Positions 39,282 through 51,776 of a stretch of DNA of 64,000 nucleotides are shown in pieces. Where the stretch lies: contig JAEHCQ010000001.1 in NCBI GenBank assembly GCA_020696385.1, forward strand, positions 320,001 through 384,000, in the 5' to 3' direction. The notes beneath the pieces were generated by a model, which saw nothing but the letters and a program-made list of their open reading frames with translations, ran no database searches and was not told the DNA's origin. Within the stretch, counting starts at the first letter, position 1, and each line of letters begins with the position of its first letter. Source of the stretch: Methanobacteriota archaeon. GTDB taxonomy: Archaea > Thermoplasmatota > Thermoplasmata > SG8-5 > JAGLSY01. Both the position numbers and the translations under genes were made by a program.

Positions 39282-40238
39282 TCATCTACCTCTTCTCTTC
39301 ATTACATCATGAGCCGCGTCCACTATATGATCGACCGTCAATCCGTATTTCTCCATGAGCTCATCAGATGTACCGGATTCTCCGAATGAGTCGCGGATAC
39401 CAACCCTCTTCATTGGTACATGGAAGTTCTCTACCAGTGTCATGGCAACTGCTGAACCCATACCGACCATCACATTGTGCTCCTCGGCCGTGACCATTCC
39501 ACCAGTTTCTCTCGCGGCCTTGATCAAGGTCTTCTCATCCATTGGCTTGATGGTGGACATGTTTATCACCTTGGCATCGATCTTATGCTTCTTCAGATCT
39601 TCCGCGGCCTCAAGACACTTGGCAACCATAATTCCAGTGCCGACAAGTGTGATATCTGCCCCTTCTCGCATGATGCTGGCCTTTCCTATCTCGAAGTCCT
39701 GACATTCAGGAATATCTGTACATACGGGGATATTTGCTCTTCCCAATCGGATATAGACTGGCCCCTTGAACTCAGCAGCGGCCATCACCGCTCTCTTGGT
39801 CTCGGGAGCATCTGCTGGAACTATGACTGTCATATTCGGTAGAACTCTCATGAGAGCCAGGTCTTCGATCATCTGATGTGTTGCTCCATCTCCTCCCACG
39901 GTTATACCTGCGTGGGTGGCGACTATCTTCACATCCAGTTTGGGATAGGCCACACTCTGTCTTATCTGATCGTATACACGTCCTGTAACGAATATCGCGA
40001 AGGTACTGGCGAAAGCGGTCTTGCCTGCTGCGGCAAAGCCCGCACATGCGCTGATCATATTCTGTTCAGCGATACCGAAGTTGAAATGTCTCTCTGGAAA
40101 ATGCTCGGCGAAAACACCGGTCTTGACAGAGCATGAAAGGTCCGCACTGGCAACAACGATATCACTTCTCTGTTCTCCAAGCTCGACCAGAGCCTCTCCG
40201 AATGCATCTCTCTGATTCTTCAATTCCCATTTTTTCAT
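39282..40238 (-). CDS. Transketolase C-terminal subunit
   Basis: [35 protein letters not shown]; ATG 40238 after GGAGGG. Confidence 0.93.
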   Translation of the reverse strand: MKKWELKNQRDAFGEALVELGEQRSDIVVASADLSCSVKTGVFAEHFPERHFNFGIAEQNMISACAGFAAAGKTAFASTFAIFVTGRVYDQIRQSVAYPKLDVKIVATHAGITVGGDGATHQMIEDLALMRVLPNMTVIVPADAPETKRAVMAAAEFKGPVYIRLGRANIPVCTDIPECQDFEIGKASIMREGADITLVGTGIMVAKCLEAAEDLKKHKIDAKVINMSTIKPMDEKTLIKAARETGGMVTAEEHNVMVGMGSAVAMTLVENFHVPMKRVGIRDSFGESGTSDELMEKYGLTVDHIVDAAHDVMKRRGR

Positions 40239-40265
40239 GCTGAATCCCTCCATTTCATTTCGGGC

Positions 40266-40348
40266 TTTTGAATGCGCGAATTCATTCGTGCATTCAAAAC
40301 TTCGAACTCTTTGAAGTTCTGAATGCAATCACTTTGCTCTCGCATTCA
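40266..40348. repeat. Three tandem inverted repeats in the transketolase intergenic spacer
   Basis: TTTTGAATGCGCGAAT-TC-ATTCGTGCATTCAAAA; AACTTCGAA-CTC-TTTGAAGTT; TGAATGC...GCATTCA. Confidence 0.7.
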
Positions 40349-41182
40349 ATCCCCTCCCAGTTCTTTCATGGCCTTCTCATACTCGTCCTTGCTGGGTGAT
40401 TTACCATGGAAGCCAACTGCTCCTTCCATGAAACTGACTCCCTTGCCTTTGATGGTATTGGCTATTATCACACTCGGATGGCCCTTTGTTTCCTTGGCCT
40501 TCTTGAAAGCAGCCAATATCTCTCTGAAATTATGACCTTCTATCTCGATGACATTCCATCCAAAGGCTTTCCATTTATCGCCCAGTGGTTCAAGGGACAT
40601 GATCTTCTCAGTGGGGCCATCCAACTGGAGTTTGTTCCTGTCAATTATGGCTACCAGATTATCGATCTTGAACTGGGATGCGGACATTGCGGCTTCCCAT
40701 ATCTGGCCACAATTGTTCTCCCCATCCCCCAGCATGACATAGGTCCTGTACTTCTTCCTGTCCAGCTTGGCTGCCAATGCCATACCGATACCCATGCTCA
40801 GACCCTGACCTTCACTACCTGTAGAAGCTTCCACACCAGGTGTCTTCCTCATATCAGGGTGCCCCTGGAGCCTGGAACCGATCTTCCGGATGGTCTTCAG
40901 CTCATCTACCGGGAAATACCCAGATTCTGCAAGACAGGCGTACAGCGTGGGAGCCGCATGTCCCTTACTGAGAACGAATCTGTCTCTATCTTCCCATTTT
41001 GGATCATCTGCCTTATGGTTCATTTCCATGAAATAAAGCGCGACCAGCACATCTGTCGCGGATAATGATCCGCCTGGATGTCCCGAACCTGCTCCGTAGA
41101 TCATTTCAATTATATGGCGTCTGACCTTGCCGGCCATCTCTTCAAGCATTTTGATGTCTTCATCTGGATAACTGTTTACCAC
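40346..41182 (-). CDS. Transketolase N-terminal subunit
   Basis: SGHPGGSLS, RDRFVLSKGH, LQGHP, GDGE..GQIWEA (TPP motif), TIKGKG; probable GTG start 41182. Confidence 0.93.
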   Translation of the reverse strand: MVNSYPDEDIKMLEEMAGKVRRHIIEMIYGAGSGHPGGSLSATDVLVALYFMEMNHKADDPKWEDRDRFVLSKGHAAPTLYACLAESGYFPVDELKTIRKIGSRLQGHPDMRKTPGVEASTGSEGQGLSMGIGMALAAKLDRKKYRTYVMLGDGENNCGQIWEAAMSASQFKIDNLVAIIDRNKLQLDGPTEKIMSLEPLGDKWKAFGWNVIEIEGHNFREILAAFKKAKETKGHPSVIIANTIKGKGVSFMEGAVGFHGKSPSKDEYEKAMKELGGD

Positions 41183-41300
41183 GATACCTGCCCCTATATG
41201 GAGAGGGGAATACACTCGCACTTCATATTCTTTACTAATTAAAGAAGGGAAAATTTTCATAGATTATATTATACATCATGCTTATGAGGGATACGATAAA

Positions 41301-41825
41301 ATGACTAAAGAAAAGATAGAAGACAATAGACTGGGAATAAGGAACATGCCCGCCTTTCCAGTTGGCCTCATCACCGTTGGGAAGGGAAAAGAAGCGAATA
41401 TCATAACAGCGGCTCTCATACATGTTTTTTCCTTTGATCCGCCACTCATCGGCATTGGCATATCACCCAAAAGGCACTCGCACGGCCTTTTGACAAAGGA
41501 AGATGAGTTCGTTGTCAACATACCTGGCAAGGATATTTTGAAGGAAACTCTGGGGTGTGGTACAGTATCTGGCTCGAAGGTTGACAAATTCGAGCTTCAT
41601 GAACTGAAAAAGCTAGATTCCCGGGTTGTCGAGACCCCATCGATCGAACAGTGCAAGGTCAGCCTCGAATGTAAAAAAACAGATATGTTCACTACTGGCG
41701 ATCATGATTGGTTCATTGGCGAGGTCGTTATGACCGTGGCCGACAAGGGCTATAAAAGAGGAGATGGATTACTTTATTGGGGCGGTGATTTCAGACTGCC
41801 TGGCAAGGTCATAAAGGAAAGATAG
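41301..41825 (+). CDS. Flavin reductase family protein (DIM6/NTAB)
   Basis: PPLIGI, EFVVNIP, CGTVSGSKVDKF, GDHDWFIGEV. Confidence 0.9.
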   Translation: MTKEKIEDNRLGIRNMPAFPVGLITVGKGKEANIITAALIHVFSFDPPLIGIGISPKRHSHGLLTKEDEFVVNIPGKDILKETLGCGTVSGSKVDKFELHELKKLDSRVVETPSIEQCKVSLECKKTDMFTTGDHDWFIGEVVMTVADKGYKRGDGLLYWGGDFRLPGKVIKER

Positions 41826-41899
41826 TCCAACAAAGACCTCGCACATCATGTATGATACAAAATATTTTATCATCAATCAGCTATCCCAATCACGATAAT

Positions 41900-42070
41900 A
41901 TGAAACATGACATGATGGAAATCCTATGCTGCCCTGTATGCAAATCCGATCTCGAGCTCAAGGCCATGAAAGAGCAGGACGGCGATGTGATCGAAGGAAT
42001 ACTAGCATGCAAGAAATGCTCTCACGATTATAAGATAGAGAATTCCATTCCGAATCTTTTGCCTCCATGA
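41900..42070 (+). CDS. Trm112-like methyltransferase activator
   Basis: MEILCCPVCKSDL...LACKKC...YKIENSIPNLLPP. Confidence 0.88.
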   Translation: MKHDMMEILCCPVCKSDLELKAMKEQDGDVIEGILACKKCSHDYKIENSIPNLLPP

Positions 42071-42087
42071 AACAGTAACAAATCATT

Positions 42088-42633
42088 TTAGATAAACAGT
42101 GCCTGGGCTTCAATAATTTCTTTCGAATTATTTGCTTTCTCATACTCTTCCAGTGGCTCTCGATTCAGAGCCAGAAAAGTATCGCCAAATCTGAACTTGG
42201 CCAGTATCCTCTCTCCCTGTTCCCTGTGACCGAGTATTATGAGCGAAGCGGCAAAAGCCTCCACACTGGAAAGCATGAAAGGCTTTCCATAATTGACAGG
42301 ATTGGCGGCCAGCATATATGGAAGTGATCTTCCCTTGCTTTTTCTGCCCACCCTTGGAAAATCTTCTCCCGTGGCCTTCCAGGAAAGATCCAATACAGCT
42401 AACCCTGATCTTTCAGCCACTTCATGATCCTCTCTGGACAAGACCTTTTCAGCCGTGGGAACCAGGACAAGAGCAGACGATGGTACTTGAGATAATTTCT
42501 TAATATCAATGGCTAGATCAAACTTAGCCAGCTTCCTCCCAGTACATTTCTTTGGATCGCACTGCTTCCCATCGTAGAAAAATAATTTAACTTCATTAGC
42601 TGACGTGGTATCACTTCTTCCCAGGAGACTCAT
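42088..42633 (-). CDS. tsr3: 16S rRNA aminocarboxypropyltransferase Tsr3 (DUF367); start uncertain
   Basis: QCDPKKCTGRKL, LDLSW, RSLPYMLAANPVNYGKP, LSSVEA, FLALN. Confidence 0.9.
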   Translation of the reverse strand: MSLLGRSDTTSANEVKLFFYDGKQCDPKKCTGRKLAKFDLAIDIKKLSQVPSSALVLVPTAEKVLSREDHEVAERSGLAVLDLSWKATGEDFPRVGRKSKGRSLPYMLAANPVNYGKPFMLSSVEAFAASLIILGHREQGERILAKFRFGDTFLALNREPLEEYEKANNSKEIIEAQALFI

Positions 42634-42916
42634 TCTCCTTGAAGTTAGGGTGGAACATTTCAGTCTCGACATAGGTGTTCTGACTCTTGACCCTTGTAAG
42701 GATGGACAGTACATGGCCAGTGAGATTGATAGTACCGATAACCAACAAATACAGGCCGATCACCAGCTTCAACTGTTCCCATTCAATAGGATAAGAAATG
42801 ATAAAAATACCGAAGGCCAGTGTCATGATGGATGATGCTACACCTGTAATCCCTATCTTTTTGAAAACTTTGCTGAATGGTTCTTCGACGATCTTATCTT
42901 CTTTCACATTATCCAT
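42611..42916 (-). CDS. Small 2-TM membrane protein (DUF3096-like)
   Basis: LAFGIFIISYP...LVIGLYLLVIG; ATG after GGTGA. Confidence 0.65.
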   Translation of the reverse strand: MDNVKEDKIVEEPFSKVFKKIGITGVASSIMTLAFGIFIISYPIEWEQLKLVIGLYLLVIGTINLTGHVLSILTRVKSQNTYVETEMFHPNFKENESPGKK

Positions 42917-43203
42917 GTCTTTCACCAAACACCACAATAAAAATCAACCATAAAAACCCTTTTGTGCTGGTATCATTATGGGCACCTGCCTCGATGATGA
43001 TAAAAAACCATTCTGATATGTGATGAATGATGGGCGAACTGAGCGGCAATCAACTAATATCTCCATTAAGATTTATCCGAGATAGAAGTTGATTATCAAG
43101 GCCATATGCACAAATGCTCGAAACCCAGTACAGTGGTTTCGAGACTCTAAAATGAGAGAATAATGTGCATACGGCAGCCGACTATCAATTAAATGGTGAA
43201 AAT

Positions 43204-43992
43204 ATGAAAATGGTATCTTGGAATGTGAATGGGATCCGAGCAGTTTCCAAAAAAGAGATATTTGGCAGCACGGGGTTCAAGGACTGGCTGACCAATGATG
43301 GCCCAGATGTACTTTGCTTGCAGGAAACAAAGGCCTGGCCTGAGCAATTGAAAGATGATTTGTTGGAACCTACAGGTTATACATCTTACTGGAATCAGGC
43401 CGAGAAGAAAGGATACAGCGGCACGGTCATTTACACAAAAAAGAAACCTATTAACCACTATACTGGCATGTTCTCAGAGGACTATGATAAAGAAGGTCGA
43501 ATAGTAGCAACAGAATTCGATAATATCATATTGCTGAACATCTACTTTCCCAATGGCATGCAGAGCCCCGAGCGCCTGAAGTACAAGCTGGAATTCTATG
43601 ACACTTTCCTCGAGCACATAGATAATATCCGAAAAAAAGGGAAGAGCGTGATCTTCTGCGGAGACCTGAACACCGCCCACAATCCAATAGATCTGGCTCG
43701 CCCCAAGGAGAATGTGAATAATTCTGGTTTTCTACCCATCGAAAGAGAATGGATGGACAAGGTGGTGGAGCATGGTTACACGGATACATTCAGGCATCTT
43801 AGCGATGAGCCAGACATGTACTCATGGTGGGATTATAAGACCAGAGCAAGAGAGCGAAATGTGGGCTGGAGACTGGATTATTTCTGGGTATCCAATGACC
43901 TGTTACCCTTCCTGAAGAATGCTTTCATAATGACCGAGATAGTGGGAAGCGACCACTGTCCAGTGGGTATTGATATCGATATCGAACTCTGA
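43204..43992 (+). CDS. xth: Exodeoxyribonuclease III / AP endonuclease
   Basis: SWNVNGIRA, CLQETK, GYSG, YFPNG, GDLNTAH, GWRLDYF, GSDHCP. Confidence 0.95.
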   Translation: MKMVSWNVNGIRAVSKKEIFGSTGFKDWLTNDGPDVLCLQETKAWPEQLKDDLLEPTGYTSYWNQAEKKGYSGTVIYTKKKPINHYTGMFSEDYDKEGRIVATEFDNIILLNIYFPNGMQSPERLKYKLEFYDTFLEHIDNIRKKGKSVIFCGDLNTAHNPIDLARPKENVNNSGFLPIEREWMDKVVEHGYTDTFRHLSDEPDMYSWWDYKTRARERNVGWRLDYFWVSNDLLPFLKNAFIMTEIVGSDHCPVGIDIDIEL

Positions 43993-44023
43993 TAGTATCT
44001 CTATTTAATAAAGATAGAAAATG

Positions 44024-44227
44024 CTATTCATTCGGCCAGTCAACAATTCGACTCCTGCATCTGTGACAAAGAGCCTGCTCCGCGTCATCTGTTTTGGGAT
44101 TCATTCTGCCACCGCATTTCGAGCACCATTCCTTCTCATCCCGCATTATGGCCACCTGATCACAAGCGTGCTCGAATTCCTGCATCTGCATGAATCGTCC
44201 GCAAAAGGGGCAGTAATTGTTCACCAT
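44024..44227 (-). CDS. Small zinc-ribbon protein
   Basis: CPFC, HAC, CSKC, CHRC in 67 aa; GAGG SD. Confidence 0.7.
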   Translation of the reverse strand: MVNNYCPFCGRFMQMQEFEHACDQVAIMRDEKEWCSKCGGRMNPKTDDAEQALCHRCRSRIVDWPNE

Positions 44228-44244
44228 TGGATCGTCCTCGAGCT

Positions 44245-45147
44245 TTAATCTCCCACTCTAAGAATGAATTTCTCAACATGATGGTCTGGCTCGTACCTGT
44301 TCATGGCCCTACGAAGGCCAGTATCGCCAAGGTCCTGCTCCATATTGATCCATTCCACCTCGTCAGGTAATCTGGATATGAACTCCATATTCAGATACTG
44401 GTGCAATCCCGGGTATTTGTGATTGGCCTTTTCAGAGTGAACGACCGCCATATTGTCGCTCATTCTTTCGCCTATGGTGAATCCAGCCAGCTCATCGTCC
44501 ATATATACAACCCCGCCCATAAGTCCAAGATCTGAGAAATATTTCAAGGATTCCACAATAGCATAGGGTTCTTCAAGTAACTTTAGTTTGCCCAGGCACC
44601 ATCCTGGCTCACGCCAGTCTCTCAGACCAAGACAAGTATTAGCCAGATCCTTGTCCATATCAACGTATCTGCACCTTCCCTCGAATTTTTCCATGAATTT
44701 TCTGATGAGAAGGTTCCTGCTCTCATGCTTGGAGCTATTGGGATCTCCCAGGTTCGATGCTTTGTAAACATAGTCCCAATTCTTTCTATCTGGCTCGACA
44801 TTGTAACCTTCTTCCCTTAGTTGGCCAGCAAGAGGTTCGGTTATGGAATCTATCGCGAATTTTTCATTATTGTTCTCTGCTTTTTCTATCAGAGAAATGG
44901 TACTGGCCAGTACGTCCTTATGAGTGACGGGGGGATAATAGCTCAATTCACCCAATGGGCTCATTTCACTTATGACCAATGCGCCTTCCAGGTCGGAAAG
45001 TCCAAGGGCTCTGGTTCTCCTCCAGATGAACATATTGGCAAATGTGAGCTCTGATGCATGTGGCTGAGCATCTTTGAGGTATTCATTGACCATTTCCTTA
45101 TGATGCATACGCAGATATGTGAATTCAGGGAACTTCTTTATAGGCAT
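44245..45147 (-). CDS. DUF2156-family protein (aminoacyl-transferase/GNAT-like)
   Basis: SELTFANMFIW, NWDYVY, HSEKA, WINMEQDLG..GLRRA. Confidence 0.85.
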   Translation of the reverse strand: MPIKKFPEFTYLRMHHKEMVNEYLKDAQPHASELTFANMFIWRRTRALGLSDLEGALVISEMSPLGELSYYPPVTHKDVLASTISLIEKAENNNEKFAIDSITEPLAGQLREEGYNVEPDRKNWDYVYKASNLGDPNSSKHESRNLLIRKFMEKFEGRCRYVDMDKDLANTCLGLRDWREPGWCLGKLKLLEEPYAIVESLKYFSDLGLMGGVVYMDDELAGFTIGERMSDNMAVVHSEKANHKYPGLHQYLNMEFISRLPDEVEWINMEQDLGDTGLRRAMNRYEPDHHVEKFILRVGD

Positions 45148-45286
45148 ATTGATTCTTAATACAATTTTGTTATAAAAATGTGTCTTTTTATCAATTTTAA
45201 AAACAAAAGAAGCAATACCATTTTATCCACCATGTACATTGCCGATAGACTCGATATTTGAAGGTATATCGAAGGAGGAAATATGT

Positions 45287-46486
45287 ATGGTATCATCTGA
45301 AGAATGCATGAAAATGGAATCGACCTATGGAGCGCACAATTATCACCCTATCCCAGTGGTTATCTCAAGGGCCGAAGGCCTGTATGTTTGGGATCCAGAG
45401 GGAAAAAGGTACATGGACATGCTATCCTGCTATTCCGCACTCAATCAAGGCCACCGCAACCCGAAGATAATCAAGGCCGCCATCGACCAGATGGAAAAGT
45501 TAACATTAACAAGCCGAGCATTCTACAATGACCAGCTCGGACCATTCCTCAAGAAGATTACCGAAATATCCGACATGGAGATGGCTCTCCCCATGAACAC
45601 CGGGGCAGAGGCTGTTGAAACTGGCATAAAACTCGCCCGCAGATGGGCATACAGGAAGAAAGGTGTGCCAGCGGATAAGGCAGAGATAATCGTCTGCGAG
45701 GATAATTTCCATGGAAGGACAACCACGATAGCTGGCTTCTCTTCAGATCCAGATACATATGATGATTTCGGACCATTCACACCGGGCTTCAAGGCAGTGC
45801 CTTACGGTGACGCTGAGGCACTGGAGGCCGCCATCACGCCAAACACAGCCGCCTTCATTGTGGAGCCGATCCAGGGCGAAGCTGGTGTGGTCGTACCACC
45901 AGCTGGCTATCTGAAAGAGGTCAGGGAAATATGCACACGCCACAATGTCCTCATGATAGCTGATGAGATCCAGACTGGACTATGCAGAACTGGGAAAATG
46001 TTCTGCTTCCAGCACGATGATATCAAGCCAGATGTCGTATTCCTGGCAAAAGCACTGGGTGGGGGCATAATGCCAATATCCGTTGTTCTAAGTTCGAAAG
46101 AAATTATGTCGGTCTTCACACCCGGAAGCCATGGTTCCACCTTTGGCGGAAACCCACTGGCATGCGCGGTCGCAATGGCTTCTCTGGATGTTCTTATCGA
46201 TGAAAAACTGGATGTCCGAGCGCAGGAAATGGGCGGCTACTTCATGCAGGAGCTGGAGAACCTTAACAGCCCGTTGATAAAACTGGTAAGGGGAAAGGGC
46301 CTGCTCATCGCCATCGAGCTAACACCAGAAGCTGGACCAGCAAGGAAATACACAGAAGGCTTGATGAAGAACGGCCTGCTGGCCAAGGAAACACATTCAA
46401 CGATAATCAGGTTCGCGCCAAGTCTGCTCATAACCAAAGAGCAGGTGGATGATGCTATTGTGATAATCAAGGGTGTTTTTGTTTAG
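45287..46486 (+). CDS. rocD: Ornithine--oxo-acid aminotransferase
   Basis: GAHNYHPIP, YSALNQGH, LTLTSRAF, PMNTGAEAVE, DEIQTGL, PGSHGSTFGGNP; ATG 45287 after GGAGG. Confidence 0.95.
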   Translation: MVSSEECMKMESTYGAHNYHPIPVVISRAEGLYVWDPEGKRYMDMLSCYSALNQGHRNPKIIKAAIDQMEKLTLTSRAFYNDQLGPFLKKITEISDMEMALPMNTGAEAVETGIKLARRWAYRKKGVPADKAEIIVCEDNFHGRTTTIAGFSSDPDTYDDFGPFTPGFKAVPYGDAEALEAAITPNTAAFIVEPIQGEAGVVVPPAGYLKEVREICTRHNVLMIADEIQTGLCRTGKMFCFQHDDIKPDVVFLAKALGGGIMPISVVLSSKEIMSVFTPGSHGSTFGGNPLACAVAMASLDVLIDEKLDVRAQEMGGYFMQELENLNSPLIKLVRGKGLLIAIELTPEAGPARKYTEGLMKNGLLAKETHSTIIRFAPSLLITKEQVDDAIVIIKGVFV

Positions 46487-46525
46487 TGATATATGATCAT
46501 TTAAACAAAAGTAAAGCGAGCCAGA

Positions 46526-49093
46526 TCACTCTTCATCATCTGGCTCTATCTCTTCTTCCAGCCCGCTGAGTTCCGCATCACTTATCACGTGCTGCGGTTT
46601 CTTCTCCGCGTGCTCGGCCTCTTCAATGGCTTCTTCCACTTCTTCAGGAGCCACAAGCCTCGTCACACTGCATACTTTATCATCTTTCTTCTTCAGGCGC
46701 ATGATCTTCACTCCCTGGGTCGCCCTGCTGATGATCCTAATATCTTTAACTGGTGTGCGTATGACCATGCCGCTTTCTGAAGTTACGATAAGCTCGTGCT
46801 CATCCGTAACTTCCCTGACGGTGACAACCTCTCCGTTCCTTTCGGAAGTTCGGATGTTTATCACACCTTTGGCACCGCGCTTGGTCTTCCTGTAATCCGA
46901 GACATTGGATCGCTTTCCGTATCCGTTCTCCGTAACTGTCAAGAGAACGCTCTCTTCATCCACGACGGCCATTGAAACGACCTCGTCGTCGCCCACCAGC
47001 GTCATTCCCTTTACACCGATGGAATGCCTGGATACTGTTCTGACGAGAGATTCTTCAAACCTCACAGCCTGGCCTTTTCTGGAGGCCAGGATAATTTCTT
47101 TGGAACCATCGGTCATAGCCACTCGAACCAACTCATCATCCTCTCTTAGCTTGACAGCCCAGATACCAGTTACTCTAGGTCTCTTGTAAGCTGAAAGCTT
47201 CGTCTTCTTGATGATACCTTTCTTGGTGGAGAATATCAGGAAATGATCCTCATCGAAATCCTTGACCGGGATGGCTGTCTGGACATACTCATCGTCTTCC
47301 AACCGTGGAAGAATATTGACTATGGCCTTGCCCTTCGCATGACGACCTCCTATCGGTATTCTATAACCCTTGAGCCAGTGCACTCTTCCTTTATTTGTGA
47401 AGAAGAGCATGAAATTGTGAGTTGTCGTGACATACATATCTGTTATGATGTCCTCTTCCTTGGTCTCCATACCTATGAGGCCGACACCTCCACGGCGCTG
47501 TTGCTTGTATGTGTCTAATGTAAGTCTCTTAATATAACCGGTCTGGGTCATGGAGATGACGATATCCTCTTCTGGGATCAGATCCTCAATATCCATGTCA
47601 TCCGCATGCACGATAATATCTGTCTTACGCTCATCACCGTATCTTTCTTTTAACTCGGCCAGCTCTTCCTTGATGATCCTCATGACGCGCTCTGGTGTCT
47701 CAAGGATATTTGTAAGGTCGGCAATGACATTCAACAGAGCGGAGTATTCGTCCTTCACGCCTTGTCTCTCCATGTTGGTAAGTTTCTGAAGCCTCATGTC
47801 AAGGATGGCTTTCACTTGTTCAAGTGAAAGCATGAAATTGCCCATGAGCCCTTCTCTGGCTTCTTCCGCGGTCTTGGATTTTCTGATAATACTGATGACA
47901 GCATCGATATTATCAAGAGCGACTATCAGTCCCTCAAGTATGTGAGCTCTGGCCTTTGCCTTGCTCAGGTCATATTCGGTCCTGCGAACTACAATTATTT
48001 TTCTGTGATTCACCCAGTGTTCCAGCATGACCTTGAGGTTCATGACCTTTGGCTCATTGTCCACAAGAGCCAAGTTGATGATACCGAAGGTCGTCTGCAT
48101 CTGCGTGTGCTTGTAAAGGATATTGAGAACAACTTCCTCCATCGTGCCTCTCTTGAGCTCGATGACGATCCTCATTCCCTTCCTGTCACTCTCATCCCTG
48201 AGGTCGACGATTCCCTCGACCTTCTTGTTCTTCACAAGATCCGCGATATTCTCGATGAGCCTGGATTTATTAACTTGATATGGAATTTCTGTGACGATGA
48301 TCCGGCTCTTGCCATTGTCCATTTCCTCAATGTGACTTTTAGCCCTTATCCTTACACGCCCTCGGCCAGTGTTGTAAGCTTCGATTATGCCCATCATCCC
48401 GTATATGGTCCCGCCAGTTGGGAAATCCGGGGCCTGGATGAATTCCATCAGATCCGCAATTTCGGCATCTGGATTGTCTATAAGGAAAATAAGGCCATCC
48501 ACCACTTCTGATAGATTATGTGGTGGGATATTGGTCGCCATTCCGACCGCTATTCCTGATGATCCATTGATTATGAGATTTGGAAGTCTGGAAGGCAAAA
48601 CTGTTGGTTCCTGAAGACTGCCGTCGAAATTGTCCACGAATTCCACGGTTTCTTTATCAATATCGGCCAGCATTTCCTCCGCTGTCCGTCTCATACGACA
48701 TTCTGTATAACGCATGGCCGCCGCGCTGTCGCCGTCCACGCTACCGAAATTACCCTGGCCATCTACCAGCATGTACCTTAGTGAAAAGGGCTGGGCCATT
48801 CTGACCAATGTGCCGTAAAGTGCCTGGTCACCATGAGGATGATACTTACCAAGAACGTCACCGACAACACGGACAGACTTCTTGAAGGGGCGGTTATGTC
48901 CGAGTCCAAGTTCATTCATACCGTGCAGTAATCTACGGTGTGCTGGCTTCAATCCATCCCTAACATCCGGAAGAGCTCGTCCGACTATGACACTCATCGC
49001 ATAGTCGATATAACATTTCTTCATCTCGTCCTCTATGGGCTTCGGGATCTCACGCCTTCCCAGGGTTTCCTCATTTATTTCCATATCTACCAT
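46526..49093 (-). CDS. gyrA: DNA gyrase subunit A
   Basis: [33 protein letters not shown], GyrA-box QRRGGVG. Confidence 0.98.
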   Translation of the reverse strand: MVDMEINEETLGRREIPKPIEDEMKKCYIDYAMSVIVGRALPDVRDGLKPAHRRLLHGMNELGLGHNRPFKKSVRVVGDVLGKYHPHGDQALYGTLVRMAQPFSLRYMLVDGQGNFGSVDGDSAAAMRYTECRMRRTAEEMLADIDKETVEFVDNFDGSLQEPTVLPSRLPNLIINGSSGIAVGMATNIPPHNLSEVVDGLIFLIDNPDAEIADLMEFIQAPDFPTGGTIYGMMGIIEAYNTGRGRVRIRAKSHIEEMDNGKSRIIVTEIPYQVNKSRLIENIADLVKNKKVEGIVDLRDESDRKGMRIVIELKRGTMEEVVLNILYKHTQMQTTFGIINLALVDNEPKVMNLKVMLEHWVNHRKIIVVRRTEYDLSKAKARAHILEGLIVALDNIDAVISIIRKSKTAEEAREGLMGNFMLSLEQVKAILDMRLQKLTNMERQGVKDEYSALLNVIADLTNILETPERVMRIIKEELAELKERYGDERKTDIIVHADDMDIEDLIPEEDIVISMTQTGYIKRLTLDTYKQQRRGGVGLIGMETKEEDIITDMYVTTTHNFMLFFTNKGRVHWLKGYRIPIGGRHAKGKAIVNILPRLEDDEYVQTAIPVKDFDEDHFLIFSTKKGIIKKTKLSAYKRPRVTGIWAVKLREDDELVRVAMTDGSKEIILASRKGQAVRFEESLVRTVSRHSIGVKGMTLVGDDEVVSMAVVDEESVLLTVTENGYGKRSNVSDYRKTKRGAKGVINIRTSERNGEVVTVREVTDEHELIVTSESGMVIRTPVKDIRIISRATQGVKIMRLKKKDDKVCSVTRLVAPEEVEEAIEEAEHAEKKPQHVISDAELSGLEEEIEPDDEE

Positions 49094-49111
49094 CTACAAT
49101 CACCCCTTGAT

Positions 49112-51211
<2,100 letters not shown>

Positions 51212-51337
51212 TTATTACACCATCTAGAATTCTAACATTATCCTAACTTACGCTGCCTATTCTGTCAAAACCTTTATGAAGGATATTACCTTTTACCACT
51301 ATGGATTAAATCAAATTGGGATCGGCGAGGATTGATA

Positions 51338-51697
51338 ATGGCAAATATTTCACAGATAGAAGATGCACTTCATTCGATAAAGAAAAGTGAAGGAGTTATG
51401 GATGCTGTAATGGTATCCCGTAGTGGTATGCATATTGCAGGTGATGTTCCATCTGGAGTACACACAGAAACATTCGTCGCCATGTCTGCTATTTTACTAG
51501 GAGCGGCTGAAACCTCGACTTCCGAGCTCAGAGATAAACTGAAGCTGGTGACCATAAATCTTGAACATTCTACAATATTCATCAATACCATCAGCAACAG
51601 GGGGATATTGGTTCTGAGATCCAAAACAGAAGTTACCAGAGATCAGATCGTGGATATAATCAATACCCATGCCAGTAAGATCGAATCAAATCTTTGA
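51338..51697 (+). CDS. Roadblock/LC7 domain protein
   Basis: GVMDAVMVSRSGMHIA, TFVAMSAILLGAAE. Confidence 0.88.
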   Translation: MANISQIEDALHSIKKSEGVMDAVMVSRSGMHIAGDVPSGVHTETFVAMSAILLGAAETSTSELRDKLKLVTINLEHSTIFINTISNRGILVLRSKTEVTRDQIVDIINTHASKIESNL

Positions 51698-51776
51698 TCT
51701 TTCTTTCATGCTCTTTATAGGTATTCTACCTTATTAGTGATAATGCACAGGAAATGAATGAATATAGATCAAATAT

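Noticed and set aside
38627-41182. Non-oxidative pentose phosphate genes in an archaeon
   Set aside because: Split transketolase plus transaldolase is already known in Thermoplasmata.
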